Source: Flavobacteriales bacterium UBA7612 (lineage in GTDB: Bacteria > Bacteroidota > Bacteroidia > Flavobacteriales > Weeksellaceae). From it: 64,000 bases of DNA. A model generated the notes under the pieces. It saw only the letters and a program-made list of their open reading frames with translations, had not been told where the DNA came from and made no database searches. The position numbers were made by a program, and so were the translations under genes. Positions 38,455 to 47,739 of the stretch are shown here, one piece after another. The DNA is taken from assembly GCA_002484335.1 (NCBI GenBank), contig DLJQ01000025.1, positions 87,423-151,422 of the forward strand, given 5' to 3'. Within the stretch, counting starts at the first letter, position 1. Every line of letters begins with the position of its first letter.

Positions 38455-39462
38455 ATGAAACTTAACTTAAAAAAATACATATTCACTTTTATACTATTGT
38501 ACACTCTAGTTCCGATAAATGCTCAAGTTATCGGAATTAGAGATACAATTTTAATGGGAAGTAAATTCAAAATCACATTGGTTGATAATGATTCTATCTC
38601 TGTTGAAAAAAATATCAACAAAGCGATTGATGAAATGATAAGGATAGAGAAATTAATTTCCGATTGGATACCAACATCTCAAGTTTCTTTAGTGAATCAA
38701 AATGCAGGAATAAAACCGATAAAAGTTGACCAAGAAGTTTTTGAACTTACCGAACGAGCAATTTATTTTTCTGAAATTACAAAAGGAGCTTTCGATATTA
38801 GCTTTGCTGCAATGGATAAAATTTGGAAATTTGATGGTTCAATGGATACAATGCCATCAAAAGCAGATATCGAGAAAGCAATAAAAAATATAGGCTATCA
38901 AAATATAATTTTAGATAAATCAAACTCGACTATTTTTCTAAAAAAACCTGGAATGAAAATAGGTTTTGGTTCTACAGGAAAAGGTTATGCTGCACAAAAA
39001 GCTAGAGAATGTCTTACACATTTTGGAATAAAAGCAGGGATTATTGATGCTTCTGGTGATATGACTACTTGGGGAACTCAACCCAATGGTAAAGCTTGGA
39101 AAATAGGAATTACAAATCCTTTTCAACGTTATAAAATGGCAGATGTTTTAGGAATGAAAAATGCTGCTGTAACAACTTCTGGTGATTACGAAAAATTTAT
39201 TTTAATCGATGGTATTCGCTATTCACACATTATCAATCCCAAAACAGGCATGCCGTCTACTGGGCTTACAGGAGTAACTGTAATTGGTCCAAATGCCGAA
39301 TTGTGCAATGGTTTTAGCACTTCAATTATGGTTCTTGGAAAAGAAAAAGGTTTGGAATTGATAAACCAACAAAAAGAATATGCAGCTTTGTTAATTACAG
39401 ATCATGGTAGAATCATCAAGTCTAAAAATTACCGAAAAATTAAAAAAAATCTTCTAAAATAA
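38455..39462 (+). CDS. apbE: FAD:protein FMN transferase
   Basis: LMGS, GAFDIS, GKGY, DASGD, TTSGDYE and RYSHIINPKTG motifs. Confidence 0.92.
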   Translation: MKLNLKKYIFTFILLYTLVPINAQVIGIRDTILMGSKFKITLVDNDSISVEKNINKAIDEMIRIEKLISDWIPTSQVSLVNQNAGIKPIKVDQEVFELTERAIYFSEITKGAFDISFAAMDKIWKFDGSMDTMPSKADIEKAIKNIGYQNIILDKSNSTIFLKKPGMKIGFGSTGKGYAAQKARECLTHFGIKAGIIDASGDMTTWGTQPNGKAWKIGITNPFQRYKMADVLGMKNAAVTTSGDYEKFILIDGIRYSHIINPKTGMPSTGLTGVTVIGPNAELCNGFSTSIMVLGKEKGLELINQQKEYAALLITDHGRIIKSKNYRKIKKNLLK

Positions 39463-39484
39463 ATAAATTTTAAATTTTTATTTT

Positions 39485-39588
39485 GGCGTTGCCTGCTGCT
39501 CGTGCTTTCCATTTCAATCTTTTATATTAAAATATTAGTCAATATTATCTTGTTGGTATAGAATGGTTTGAATTTCAATTACTAACGC
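39485..39588 (+). ncRNA. Structured intergenic repeat, copy C (degenerate)
   Basis: GGCGTTGCCTGCTGCTCGTGCTTTCCATTTCAATCTTTT...TTTCAATTACTAACGC shares its ends and AATCTTTT core with copy A. Confidence 0.5.
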
Positions 39589-39729
39589 TTTATCATGCTT
39601 GTTTTATCTAGAAATATATAAATTGATAATTACTCAATAATGAGTATTTATCAAAAAAATATGTGATAAAACAGAAAAATGGATTCATTTTTGTGATTAA
39701 TTACTCGAAACTATTAAAAACAAAATACT

Positions 39730-39954
39730 ATGAGTGATTTAGAATTCGAAGGAAAATGGAATCAATTAAAAGGAGCTGCAAAACAAAAATTTGGAGAGTG
39801 GTTCGGAGATGATGAAACTGCAACAGATGGAAAATTTGATGATGTTGTTGGTAGAATTCAAGAAAAAACAGGAAAGTCAATTGACGAAATTAAGGATACA
39901 TTAAAAAGCTGGATTGTATCGGAAGACGAAAAATCCAACGATAAAAATGCATAA
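39730..39954 (+). CDS. CsbD-family stress protein
   Basis: EGKWNQLKGAAKQKFG...GRIQEKTG. Confidence 0.85.
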   Translation: MSDLEFEGKWNQLKGAAKQKFGEWFGDDETATDGKFDDVVGRIQEKTGKSIDEIKDTLKSWIVSEDEKSNDKNA

Positions 39955-39965
39955 TATGCTTAATG

Positions 39966-40005
39966 AAAGAAGGCTAAGATAAACTAATCTTAGCCTTCTT
40001 TTTTT
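39966..40005 (+). terminator. Intrinsic terminator
   Basis: AAAGAAGGCTAAGAT-AAACTA-ATCTTAGCCTTCTTT plus T-run. Confidence 0.85.
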
Positions 40006-40028
40006 ATTTCAATTTTATACGATTTATT

Positions 40029-40065
40029 GCAACGCAACGCAAAGCACGGCACGAAGTGATTGCTC
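40029..40065 (-). repeat. Truncated copy D of the structured repeat
   Basis: Minus strand GAGCAATCACTTCGTGCCGTGCTTTGCGTTGC resembles the 5' half of copies A-C. Confidence 0.4.
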
Positions 40066-40151
40066 AAAAAAAGAGATTAGTTTTAAAATCATTTTCTATA
40101 ATCTTTATTTTTTCGTTGAATAGACAAGTTTTTAATTTGTAATTTTGCTTT

Positions 40152-41231
40152 ATGTATTTGAAAGAACTTAAGGCAAGACAATTCAAAAATTTTGATGAAA
40201 ATAATTTCGAATTTTCATCGAAAATAAATGCTTTTGTAGGACAAAATGGAAAGGGAAAAACAAATGTGTTGGATGCAATTCATTATTTGGCCTTGAGCAA
40301 ATCTTATCTTAATCATTCTGATGCGATGAACATACAGTTCGAACGTGATTTTTTTACATTAGAAGGAACGTTTGATAAAAATGAATCTGATGATGTGATT
40401 TTTTGCTTGGTTCGTTCTGGACAACCAAAGCAATTAAAACGAAATTCAAAAACTTACGATCGTATTTCTGATCATATTGGGCAATATCCCTTGGTGATGA
40501 TTTCCCCTTATGATAGCGATTTGATAAAGGAAGGAAGCGAAGTTCGTAGAAAGTTTTTGGATAATATAATTTCTCAATCCAACAAACAGTATTTAGCAGA
40601 TTTAATACGCTATAACAAAGTACTTATGCAACGAAATGCTTTGTTGAAATATTTTGCGGCAAATAATACATTTGATCCAACTTCATTGGAAATTTATGAT
40701 GAAGAATTGATTCATTTAGGTAAAAACATTCATGTTGTTCGTAAGGAATTTGTAGGAACATTTTTGGATGCTTTCTTGAAATATTACAATGAAATTTCTG
40801 AAGGACGCGAGCAAGTGAATATAGAATATGTTTCACAATTAAATGATTCGCCTTTTGAAACAGTACTGAAAGATGCTTTGTACAAAGATCGTTCTGCTCA
40901 GTATTCTACAGCAGGTATACATAAAGACGATTTATTATTTACGATAACAAATTATCCCATAAAGAAATTTGGTTCGCAAGGACAACAAAAATCTTATTTA
41001 ATTGCATTGAAGTTAGCACAGTTGGAAGTGATAAAAAAATCATTAAATATTACGCCATTGTTGTTATTGGATGATATTTTTGATAAATTAGATGAACATC
41101 GTGTAACGCAATTGGTGAAATTGGTGAACGAAGAACGATTTGGACAAATATTTATTACAGATACACATCCAGAAAGAACAGAACAAATTATAAAACAAAT
41201 AAATGCTGAAAGTAAGGTTTTCCGATTATGA
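40152..41231 (+). CDS. recF: DNA replication/repair protein RecF
   Basis: GQNGKGKTN, RRKFLD, GSQGQQKS and LLLDDIFDKLD motifs. Confidence 0.95.
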   Translation: MYLKELKARQFKNFDENNFEFSSKINAFVGQNGKGKTNVLDAIHYLALSKSYLNHSDAMNIQFERDFFTLEGTFDKNESDDVIFCLVRSGQPKQLKRNSKTYDRISDHIGQYPLVMISPYDSDLIKEGSEVRRKFLDNIISQSNKQYLADLIRYNKVLMQRNALLKYFAANNTFDPTSLEIYDEELIHLGKNIHVVRKEFVGTFLDAFLKYYNEISEGREQVNIEYVSQLNDSPFETVLKDALYKDRSAQYSTAGIHKDDLLFTITNYPIKKFGSQGQQKSYLIALKLAQLEVIKKSLNITPLLLLDDIFDKLDEHRVTQLVKLVNEERFGQIFITDTHPERTEQIIKQINAESKVFRL

Positions 41232-41530
41232 AAAAGTATGAAAAGCGAAGTAATCAGCAAACTTTAGGTCAGGCATTAGAACATTTTATAAAACAAAGTG
41301 GAAAAGAAGAGCTGATTTGGGAAGTGAAAGCAGAAGAAGCTTGGTTTGCTGTGATGGGAAAGTTTTTTGAGAAATATACAGATCGAGTTGAGGTTCGTCA
41401 ACGTATTTTGTATGTAAAAATAAATTCACCAGCGATGCGACAAGAATTATTGATGGGGAAATCTAAAATTATTGCAAATATTAATGAAGAAATAAAAAAA
41501 GATTTTCTTGTTGATGCTAAAATTTATTAG
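41228..41530 (+). CDS. DUF721 / DciA-like protein
   Basis: Overlaps the recF stop; W...MG, LYVKINSPAMRQEL pattern. Confidence 0.8.
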   Translation: MKKYEKRSNQQTLGQALEHFIKQSGKEELIWEVKAEEAWFAVMGKFFEKYTDRVEVRQRILYVKINSPAMRQELLMGKSKIIANINEEIKKDFLVDAKIY

Positions 41531-41532
41531 AA

Positions 41533-42498
41533 ATGCCATATATCCAAGAATCTAGCTATCCAAAACCAACATTACTTAATAGAAATTCTCATTTTTCTAC
41601 CATATATCCTTCAAAATTTAAACAATATCCTATTCCAAATTATACAAGGGAAAAAATAACTACAGCAGATGGTGATTTTTTGAACTTAGATTGGAGAAAA
41701 CAATCAAACAAAGAAAAATTAGTTATTCTTTTTCATGGTTTAGAAGGAGATTCGAAGCGAACTTACCTTAATTCTTGTTCTGATTATTTTTACGAAAGAG
41801 GATATTCTATTCTTGCCTGGAATCATAGATCTTGTGGGGGAGAAATGAATGCAACATGTAGGTTATATCATCATGGTTCTATTGATGATGTAGATTGTGT
41901 GGTACAAAAAGCATTGAAAGATGGCTACAAAGAAATAGTATTACTTGGTTACTCGATGGGAGGAGCTATTATTTTGAATTATCTTGGTGCTTATGCAATA
42001 GATAAAAGAATAAAATGTGGAATTATTTTTTCTGCACCACTTTCTTTAACTTCTTGTTCGGATACTTTGAAAAAAGGATTTAATAAAGTTTATTTCAAGA
42101 ATTTTGAACGAACACTTGTTCCTAAATTCAAAGAAAAAGCAAAACAATTTCCAGGTCAACTGAACGAAGAAATGTTGGATAAAATAAAATCTTTTGATGA
42201 GATAGATGAATATTATACTGCTCCATTGCATGGATATTCTTCCAAAGATGATTATTATGAAAAAGCTTCACCTTTGACAGTTATTCATCAAATAAAAACA
42301 CCTTGTTTGATTGTTAATGCACAAAATGATCCTTTTTTAGGAGAAAAATGTTTTCCTGTCGAGATGTTCCGTCAGCATAAATTTTGCACATTCGAAATGC
42401 CAAAATTTGGAGGACATTGTGGTTTTCCATTAAAAAATAATAAATATTCTTGGGCTGAAATAAGAGCACATCAGTTTGTAGAAAGTATATCGAAGTAA
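41533..42498 (+). CDS. YheT-family alpha/beta hydrolase
   Basis: HGLEG, RSCGG, GYSMGG nucleophile elbow, NDPF and GGHCGF motifs. Confidence 0.88.
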   Translation: MPYIQESSYPKPTLLNRNSHFSTIYPSKFKQYPIPNYTREKITTADGDFLNLDWRKQSNKEKLVILFHGLEGDSKRTYLNSCSDYFYERGYSILAWNHRSCGGEMNATCRLYHHGSIDDVDCVVQKALKDGYKEIVLLGYSMGGAIILNYLGAYAIDKRIKCGIIFSAPLSLTSCSDTLKKGFNKVYFKNFERTLVPKFKEKAKQFPGQLNEEMLDKIKSFDEIDEYYTAPLHGYSSKDDYYEKASPLTVIHQIKTPCLIVNAQNDPFLGEKCFPVEMFRQHKFCTFEMPKFGGHCGFPLKNNKYSWAEIRAHQFVESISK

Positions 42499-42504
42499 AA
42501 TAAT

Positions 42505-42530
42505 AAAAGCGTTGAAATTTCAACGCTTTT
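42505..42530. terminator. Perfect 26-bp palindrome, bidirectional terminator
   Basis: AAAAGCGTTGAAA|TTTCAACGCTTTT between convergent genes. Confidence 0.8.
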
Positions 42531-42551
42531 GTTATTTTTTATTCTATTGAT

Positions 42552-43439
42552 TTAATAACCAAATCGTCTTAAATCATTTTCTTTACTTCTCCAGTCTTTT
42601 CTAACTTTTACAAAAAGTTTTAAGAATACCTTTTTATCGAAGAATTTTTCTAGTTCTTCTCTCGCTTCTTTTCCTACTTTTGATAAAGATTCTCCTTTGT
42701 GACCAATAATAATTCCTTTTTGAGAATCGCGTTCTACATAAATTTCAGATTCAATAGAAATTAGATGTAAATCTTCTTTAAATCTTTCTGTAACAACTTC
42801 TACAGAATAAGGAATTTCTTTTTGATAATTTAATAAAATCTTTTCACGAATCACTTCATTTACAATAAAACGTTCCGAACGGTCAGTCAATTGCTCATCT
42901 GGATAATATTGTGGACCTTCAGGAATAATTGCTTTTATTTTATTGATTAACAAATCAACATTAACATTTTCTTTTGCTGAAATTGGTAAAATTTCTGCAT
43001 TTGGTAAAAGTTCATGCCAGTATTCAACAGCTTCATTCAGACGATCAGGTGTAGCTGTATCAATTTTATTTAATAATAAAATGATTGGAGTAGATGTTTT
43101 TTGTAAACGTTCAAAAACTTCTTCGTTTTTTAATCGTTTTTCACCTATTTCAACAACATAAAGAATAACATCAGCATCAACTAATGATTCTTTTACAGCA
43201 TCCATCATTTTAGTCTGTAATTCGTAGGCTGGATCCAGAACTCCTGGAGTATCCGAAAAAACTATTTGATAGTCTTCCCCTGTCAAAATACCTTTTATAC
43301 GATGACGAGTTGTTTGTGCTTTGTGAGTCGCAATCACAAGACGTTCTTTCATCAACATATTCATTAAAGTAGATTTACCGACATTTGGATTGCCAATAAT
43401 ATTTACAAAACCGGATTTAAATTTCTTTTCGTCTGACAT
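42552..43439 (-). CDS. era: GTPase Era
   Basis: GNPNVGKST, QTTR, DTPG, NKID and a KH domain (QKGIIIG). Confidence 0.97.
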   Translation of the reverse strand: MSDEKKFKSGFVNIIGNPNVGKSTLMNMLMKERLVIATHKAQTTRHRIKGILTGEDYQIVFSDTPGVLDPAYELQTKMMDAVKESLVDADVILYVVEIGEKRLKNEEVFERLQKTSTPIILLLNKIDTATPDRLNEAVEYWHELLPNAEILPISAKENVNVDLLINKIKAIIPEGPQYYPDEQLTDRSERFIVNEVIREKILLNYQKEIPYSVEVVTERFKEDLHLISIESEIYVERDSQKGIIIGHKGESLSKVGKEAREELEKFFDKKVFLKLFVKVRKDWRSKENDLRRFGY

Positions 43440-43604
43440 GATGCAAATTTAGTTATTTTATTGTTTATAAATATAGATATCATTTAGATTAATATCAATA
43501 ATTAAAAATACATTAGAATTACTTTTAGTGTTTGTTTCATTTATAAAATATGATTAATTTCATATTGCATTACGGAAAAATATAATCATTAAAAATTAAA
43601 ACAA

Positions 43605-43874
43605 ATGGAAAAAGTAGAGTTAATCGAAAAGGAAGACGTAAAAAAATACAAATTTTTAGATGCTTACAAAGAGGATGTTGAACTACAAACAGAGAAATTA
43701 AATGGTGCTGTAAGATTAGGAAATGAATTTAAATCGAAGGCTTATATAACATTTCAAACAGAACAAGGTCCTAAGAAAATAGAAACAACAGTATGGTCTG
43801 TTACTGATAAATTCTTACAAATAAAAAATGGAGTTTTAATTCCTTTAGATTCATTAATAAATGTTCAATATTAA
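43605..43874 (+). CDS. Small hypothetical protein
   Basis: Clean ORF with A-rich leader; LGNEFKSK and ETTVW segments. Confidence 0.75.
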   Translation: MEKVELIEKEDVKKYKFLDAYKEDVELQTEKLNGAVRLGNEFKSKAYITFQTEQGPKKIETTVWSVTDKFLQIKNGVLIPLDSLINVQY

Positions 43875-43914
43875 AAATATTTATGAGAACAGAACCACAA
43901 TTTGTTTATAAACT

Positions 43915-43942
43915 AAATCCGTAGTTTGTCTACGGATTTTTT
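43915..43942. terminator. Intrinsic terminator between convergent genes
   Basis: AAATCCGTAG-TTTGT-CTACGGATTT. Confidence 0.75.
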
Positions 43943-44637
43943 TATTGTGTTAAAGTATGAAATGCTTCTTCAAGATTACTATATTGTCCTCTAAACTCTT
44001 CTATCGTTTGATCAGCAATTACTTTACCCTTATTTAATAAAATAACACGAGAACATAAAGCTTCTACTTCTTGCATGATATGAGTAGAAAGAATAACAGT
44101 TTTTTCTTTTCCAATTTCTCGAATTACGTCACGGATTTCTAAAATTTGATTAGGATCTAAACCATTTGTAGGTTCATCTAAAATTAAAATTTCAGGACTA
44201 GAAATAATAGCTTGTGCTAAACCTACACGTTGTTTATAGCCTTTTGATAATTGTTGAATTTTTTTGTGTTTTTCTTTAGTTAATCCAACTTTTTCGATGA
44301 CTTCATCAATTTTTGTTTTAGGAACTTCTCTAACATTTGTAACAAATTCTAGATATTCTTTTACATACATTTCCATATATAATGGATTATTTTCTTGTAA
44401 AAAACCGATCATTTTTTTTGTTTCAATAGGGCTATTCGTTACATGAAAATCATTAATTAAAATATCTCCAGTATCTGGATTTATAGCATTAGTAATACTT
44501 TTCATTAGTGTTGATTTTCCTGCTCCATTAGGACCTAATAGACCAACAACTTCACCATTTTTTATAGAAAATGAAACTTTATCTAAAGCCAATTGATTAC
44601 CGTATTTCTTTGTTAAATCTTTAATGATTATTCCCAT
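43942..44637 (-). CDS. gldA: ABC transporter ATP-binding protein, GldA-like
   Basis: GPNGAGKST, LSKGYKQRVGLAQA, LDEPTNGLDPNQ and STHIMQEVEA motifs. The gldA assignment is by recalled similarity. Confidence 0.65.
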   Translation of the reverse strand: MGIIIKDLTKKYGNQLALDKVSFSIKNGEVVGLLGPNGAGKSTLMKSITNAINPDTGDILINDFHVTNSPIETKKMIGFLQENNPLYMEMYVKEYLEFVTNVREVPKTKIDEVIEKVGLTKEKHKKIQQLSKGYKQRVGLAQAIISSPEILILDEPTNGLDPNQILEIRDVIREIGKEKTVILSTHIMQEVEALCSRVILLNKGKVIADQTIEEFRGQYSNLEEAFHTLTQ

Positions 44638-44727
44638 TTGATGAAAAATTTTGATAAAATTAATGAAAAAGATTTGCTTGTTTAAAAAAATATTCTGTAG
44701 ATTTGTTCAATAATTTGAAAATCAAGA

Positions 44728-44814
44728 ATGACAACATTTAATTATTTTAACACATTTTTCTTTTACTTTTTTGGGTATTATCCGAAAGAGCAGGGACTGT
44801 GTTTTCATAATTGA
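44728..44814 (+). CDS. Phe/Tyr-rich leader peptide of the aromatic amino acid operon
   Basis: MTTFNYFNTFFFYFFGYYPKEQGLCFHN* (8 Phe, 4 Tyr); TAGATTTG promoter at 44698-44705. Confidence 0.85.
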   Translation: MTTFNYFNTFFFYFFGYYPKEQGLCFHN

Positions 44815-44840
44815 TTGTTAGAATGATATTAAGATAAATT

Positions 44841-44870
44841 AAAGTCCCGCGTTTGTGGGACTTTTTTTTT
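44841..44870 (+). terminator. Attenuator terminator upstream of pheA
   Basis: AAAGTCCCGC-GTTT-GTGGGACTTT plus T-run; GGGACT at 44793-98 can pair with AGTCCC at 44843-48 as an antiterminator. Confidence 0.85.
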
Positions 44871-44880
44871 GCCAAAAAAT

Positions 44881-45702
44881 ATGGAAAAAAGAGTTGCAAT
44901 ACAAGGTTACATTGGTTCTTATCATCATGAAGCTGCTAATAATTATCTAGGAAATGATATAGAAATAGTAGAATGTGATACATTCAAAACTTTAGCAAAA
45001 TCACTTGCAAAAGGAAAAGTTGACCAAGCTGTTATGGCGATAGAAAATACAATCGCTGGTGCTATTTTACCAAATTACGCTTTGCTTACAAAGTATAATT
45101 TAAAGATTGTTGGAGAGATTTTTTTATCAATTCAACATCAATTAATGGTAAAAAAAGGAAGAACTATAGAAGATATTCAAGAAGTTCGTTCACACCAAAT
45201 GGCAATTTTACAATGTGATAAATTTCTTGAAAAACATCAAACTTGGAAAGTTGTAAATGATATAGATACAGCACTGACAGCAAAAGATATTATTGACCAA
45301 GATTTACATAATGTAGCTGCAATTGCTTCAAGAAAAGCAGCAGAAGTTTATGGATTGGATATATTAGAATCTAGTATACAGACATTTCAAGATAACTTTA
45401 CTCGTTTTTTTGTATTGCAGCGAGAACACAATGATTACGAAGATTTCAATAAAGTATCTATGAGGTTTTCTGTTTCTCATGAATCTGGAGCTTTGGTTGA
45501 TGTTTTGAATAAAATTGCAGAATGTGGTATAAATATGGATAAAATACAATCTGTTCCAATTATAGAGAAACCTTGGGAATACTCTTTTCATATCGATATT
45601 ACATTCGAAAAGAAAGAACAATATTATGCATTACTTGGAAAAATTGCACGAAAATTAACTGATTTAGAAATATTAGGAGAATATAAACTGGGAAAAAAAT
45701 GA
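44881..45702 (+). CDS. pheA: Prephenate dehydratase
   Basis: IQG..GSY, MAIENTIAG, SHQMA, NFTRF motifs and a C-terminal ACT domain. Confidence 0.92.
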   Translation: MEKRVAIQGYIGSYHHEAANNYLGNDIEIVECDTFKTLAKSLAKGKVDQAVMAIENTIAGAILPNYALLTKYNLKIVGEIFLSIQHQLMVKKGRTIEDIQEVRSHQMAILQCDKFLEKHQTWKVVNDIDTALTAKDIIDQDLHNVAAIASRKAAEVYGLDILESSIQTFQDNFTRFFVLQREHNDYEDFNKVSMRFSVSHESGALVDVLNKIAECGINMDKIQSVPIIEKPWEYSFHIDITFEKKEQYYALLGKIARKLTDLEILGEYKLGKK

Positions 45703-46844
45703 TAGTAGAAGCCCAACGATTACAAAGTGTACAAGAATACTATTTCTCGAAAAAATTACAAGAAATAGCAAATATGAAGACAGATATTCCAGTAATTTCT
45801 TTAGGAATAGGAAGTCCGGATTTACAACCTCATTCTTCAGTAATTGAAGAATTGATTAATGTATCACAAAGTGGAGTAAATGGTTATCAAAGCTATCGTG
45901 GAATTCCAGAATTAAGAGAAGCAATGGCATATTTCTACAAAAATAAATTTGATGTAGAAGTTGATCCTTCAACAGAAATATTACCATTAATGGGATCAAA
46001 AGAAGGAATAATGCATATTTCATTAGCTTTTTTAAATGAAGGTGACAAAGTTTTAATTCCTAATCCTGGTTATCCAACTTATTCGTCGGTAACAGAATTG
46101 GTACAAGCAAAACCATTATTTTATGATTTGAAAGATGAAAATAACTGGTTACCAGACTTCGATCAATTAGAAAAGTTAGCAGAACAACAACCAAAGATTA
46201 TGTGGGTTAATTATCCTCATATGCCAACAGGAGCAAAAGCAAGTAAAGAAGTCCTAAGGAAATTGGTTGAGTTTGGAACAAAACATAATATACTAATTGT
46301 AAATGATAATCCTTACAGTTTTATATTGAATGATGAGCCTACAAGTATATTATCTATAGAAGGAGCAAAGGATATTTGTATTGAGTTAAATTCACTAAGT
46401 AAAACCTTTAACATAGCGGGGTGGCGTGTTGGAATGGTAATAGGAAAAGAATCTTTAATTAATTCTATTTTAAAAGTAAAATCGAATATGGATTCTGGGA
46501 TGAATTTTGCAATCCAAAAAGCTTCTACAAAAGCTCTTTTAGTTGATGATAGCTGGTATACTGGTTTAACTAAAATATATAACGAACGAAGAGAGATCAT
46601 ATGGCAAATAGCAGATTTGTTAAATGTAGAATATAATCCAAATGCTGTAGGAATGTTTGTTTGGGCAAAATTACCAGAAGGAGAAAAAGATGATAAAGCA
46701 TTTATAGATAAAATACTTTATGATAAAAAAATTTTTATAACTCCAGGAAGTATTTTTGGAAGTAATGGAGAAGGATTTATTCGTTTTTCTCTTTGTGCAC
46801 CAATCGAAAAATTAATAGAAGTAAAAAAACGATTAGAAAAATGA
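45699..46844 (+). CDS. PLP-dependent class I/II aminotransferase
   Basis: LGIGSPD, GSKEG, NPGYPTY, NYPHMPTG, DNPY and SLSKTFNIAGWRVG motifs. Confidence 0.9.
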   Translation: MIVEAQRLQSVQEYYFSKKLQEIANMKTDIPVISLGIGSPDLQPHSSVIEELINVSQSGVNGYQSYRGIPELREAMAYFYKNKFDVEVDPSTEILPLMGSKEGIMHISLAFLNEGDKVLIPNPGYPTYSSVTELVQAKPLFYDLKDENNWLPDFDQLEKLAEQQPKIMWVNYPHMPTGAKASKEVLRKLVEFGTKHNILIVNDNPYSFILNDEPTSILSIEGAKDICIELNSLSKTFNIAGWRVGMVIGKESLINSILKVKSNMDSGMNFAIQKASTKALLVDDSWYTGLTKIYNERREIIWQIADLLNVEYNPNAVGMFVWAKLPEGEKDDKAFIDKILYDKKIFITPGSIFGSNGEGFIRFSLCAPIEKLIEVKKRLEK

Positions 46845-47692
46845 AAACTATTTCGATAATAGGTTTAGGATTAATAGGAGGATCTTTTGCTTTAGCTCTA
46901 AAAAAAGTTGGAATAGCTGAAAATATAATTGGTGTAGACCAAAATGAAGTACATCAAAAAGAAGCCTTAGAATTGGGCATTGTAGATGAAGTTGTTTCTT
47001 TGGATAGAGCGATACAAATTTCAGATTTAATTGTGATAGCTGTTCCCATTAATGCGATTCAGAATGTATTACCAGAAATTTTAGATAAAATAAGAGATAA
47101 TACAATTGTGATGGATATGGGATCTACTAAAGCAGGAATTTGCAGAAAAGTTCTTAATCATCCCAAAAGAAAACAGTTTGTAGCTACACATCCTATTGCA
47201 GGAACAGAAAATTCAGGACCAAAAGCAGCATTCGCAGAATTATTTTTGAATAAGGTAGCTATTTTATGTGATGTTGAACAAAGTGAGATTGATGCAGCTA
47301 ATAAAGTAAAAAAAATATATCAATCACTTTGGATGAATGTAAAAACTATGTCATCAGAAGCGCATGATTCGCATATAGCTTATGTTTCACATCTTTCTCA
47401 TATTACATCTTTTGCGTTAGGGCAAGCTGTATTGAAGAAAGAAAAAAATGAGGAAGCAATTTTTGATATGGCAGGTTCAGGATTCGAGTCAACAGTTCGC
47501 TTAGCAAAAAGTTCACCAGATATGTGGACACCAATTTTTATTCAAAATAGAGATAATTTGTTAAAAGCAATTGATGCTTATCAGATAGAAATATCAAAAA
47601 TTAGAAAAATGATTGATGAAAAAGATGAAAAAGATATTCATCAATATTTAAAGAATACAAACGATATACGTAGAATATTAAATAAGAAATAA
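46841..47692 (+). CDS. tyrA: Prephenate dehydrogenase
   Basis: GLGLIGGS, DMGSTK, HPIAGTE, HD..AYVSHLSH and STVRLA motifs; ATG at 46841. Confidence 0.92.
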   Translation: MKTISIIGLGLIGGSFALALKKVGIAENIIGVDQNEVHQKEALELGIVDEVVSLDRAIQISDLIVIAVPINAIQNVLPEILDKIRDNTIVMDMGSTKAGICRKVLNHPKRKQFVATHPIAGTENSGPKAAFAELFLNKVAILCDVEQSEIDAANKVKKIYQSLWMNVKTMSSEAHDSHIAYVSHLSHITSFALGQAVLKKEKNEEAIFDMAGSGFESTVRLAKSSPDMWTPIFIQNRDNLLKAIDAYQIEISKIRKMIDEKDEKDIHQYLKNTNDIRRILNKK

Positions 47693-47739
47693 ATAATACT
47701 ATCAAATAATAATTGATAAACCTTAAATTTGTAGAAATT

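Noticed and set aside
39623..39654. 14-bp-arm hairpin upstream of the CsbD gene
   Set aside because: Cannot distinguish terminator from operator, and no second copy was found.
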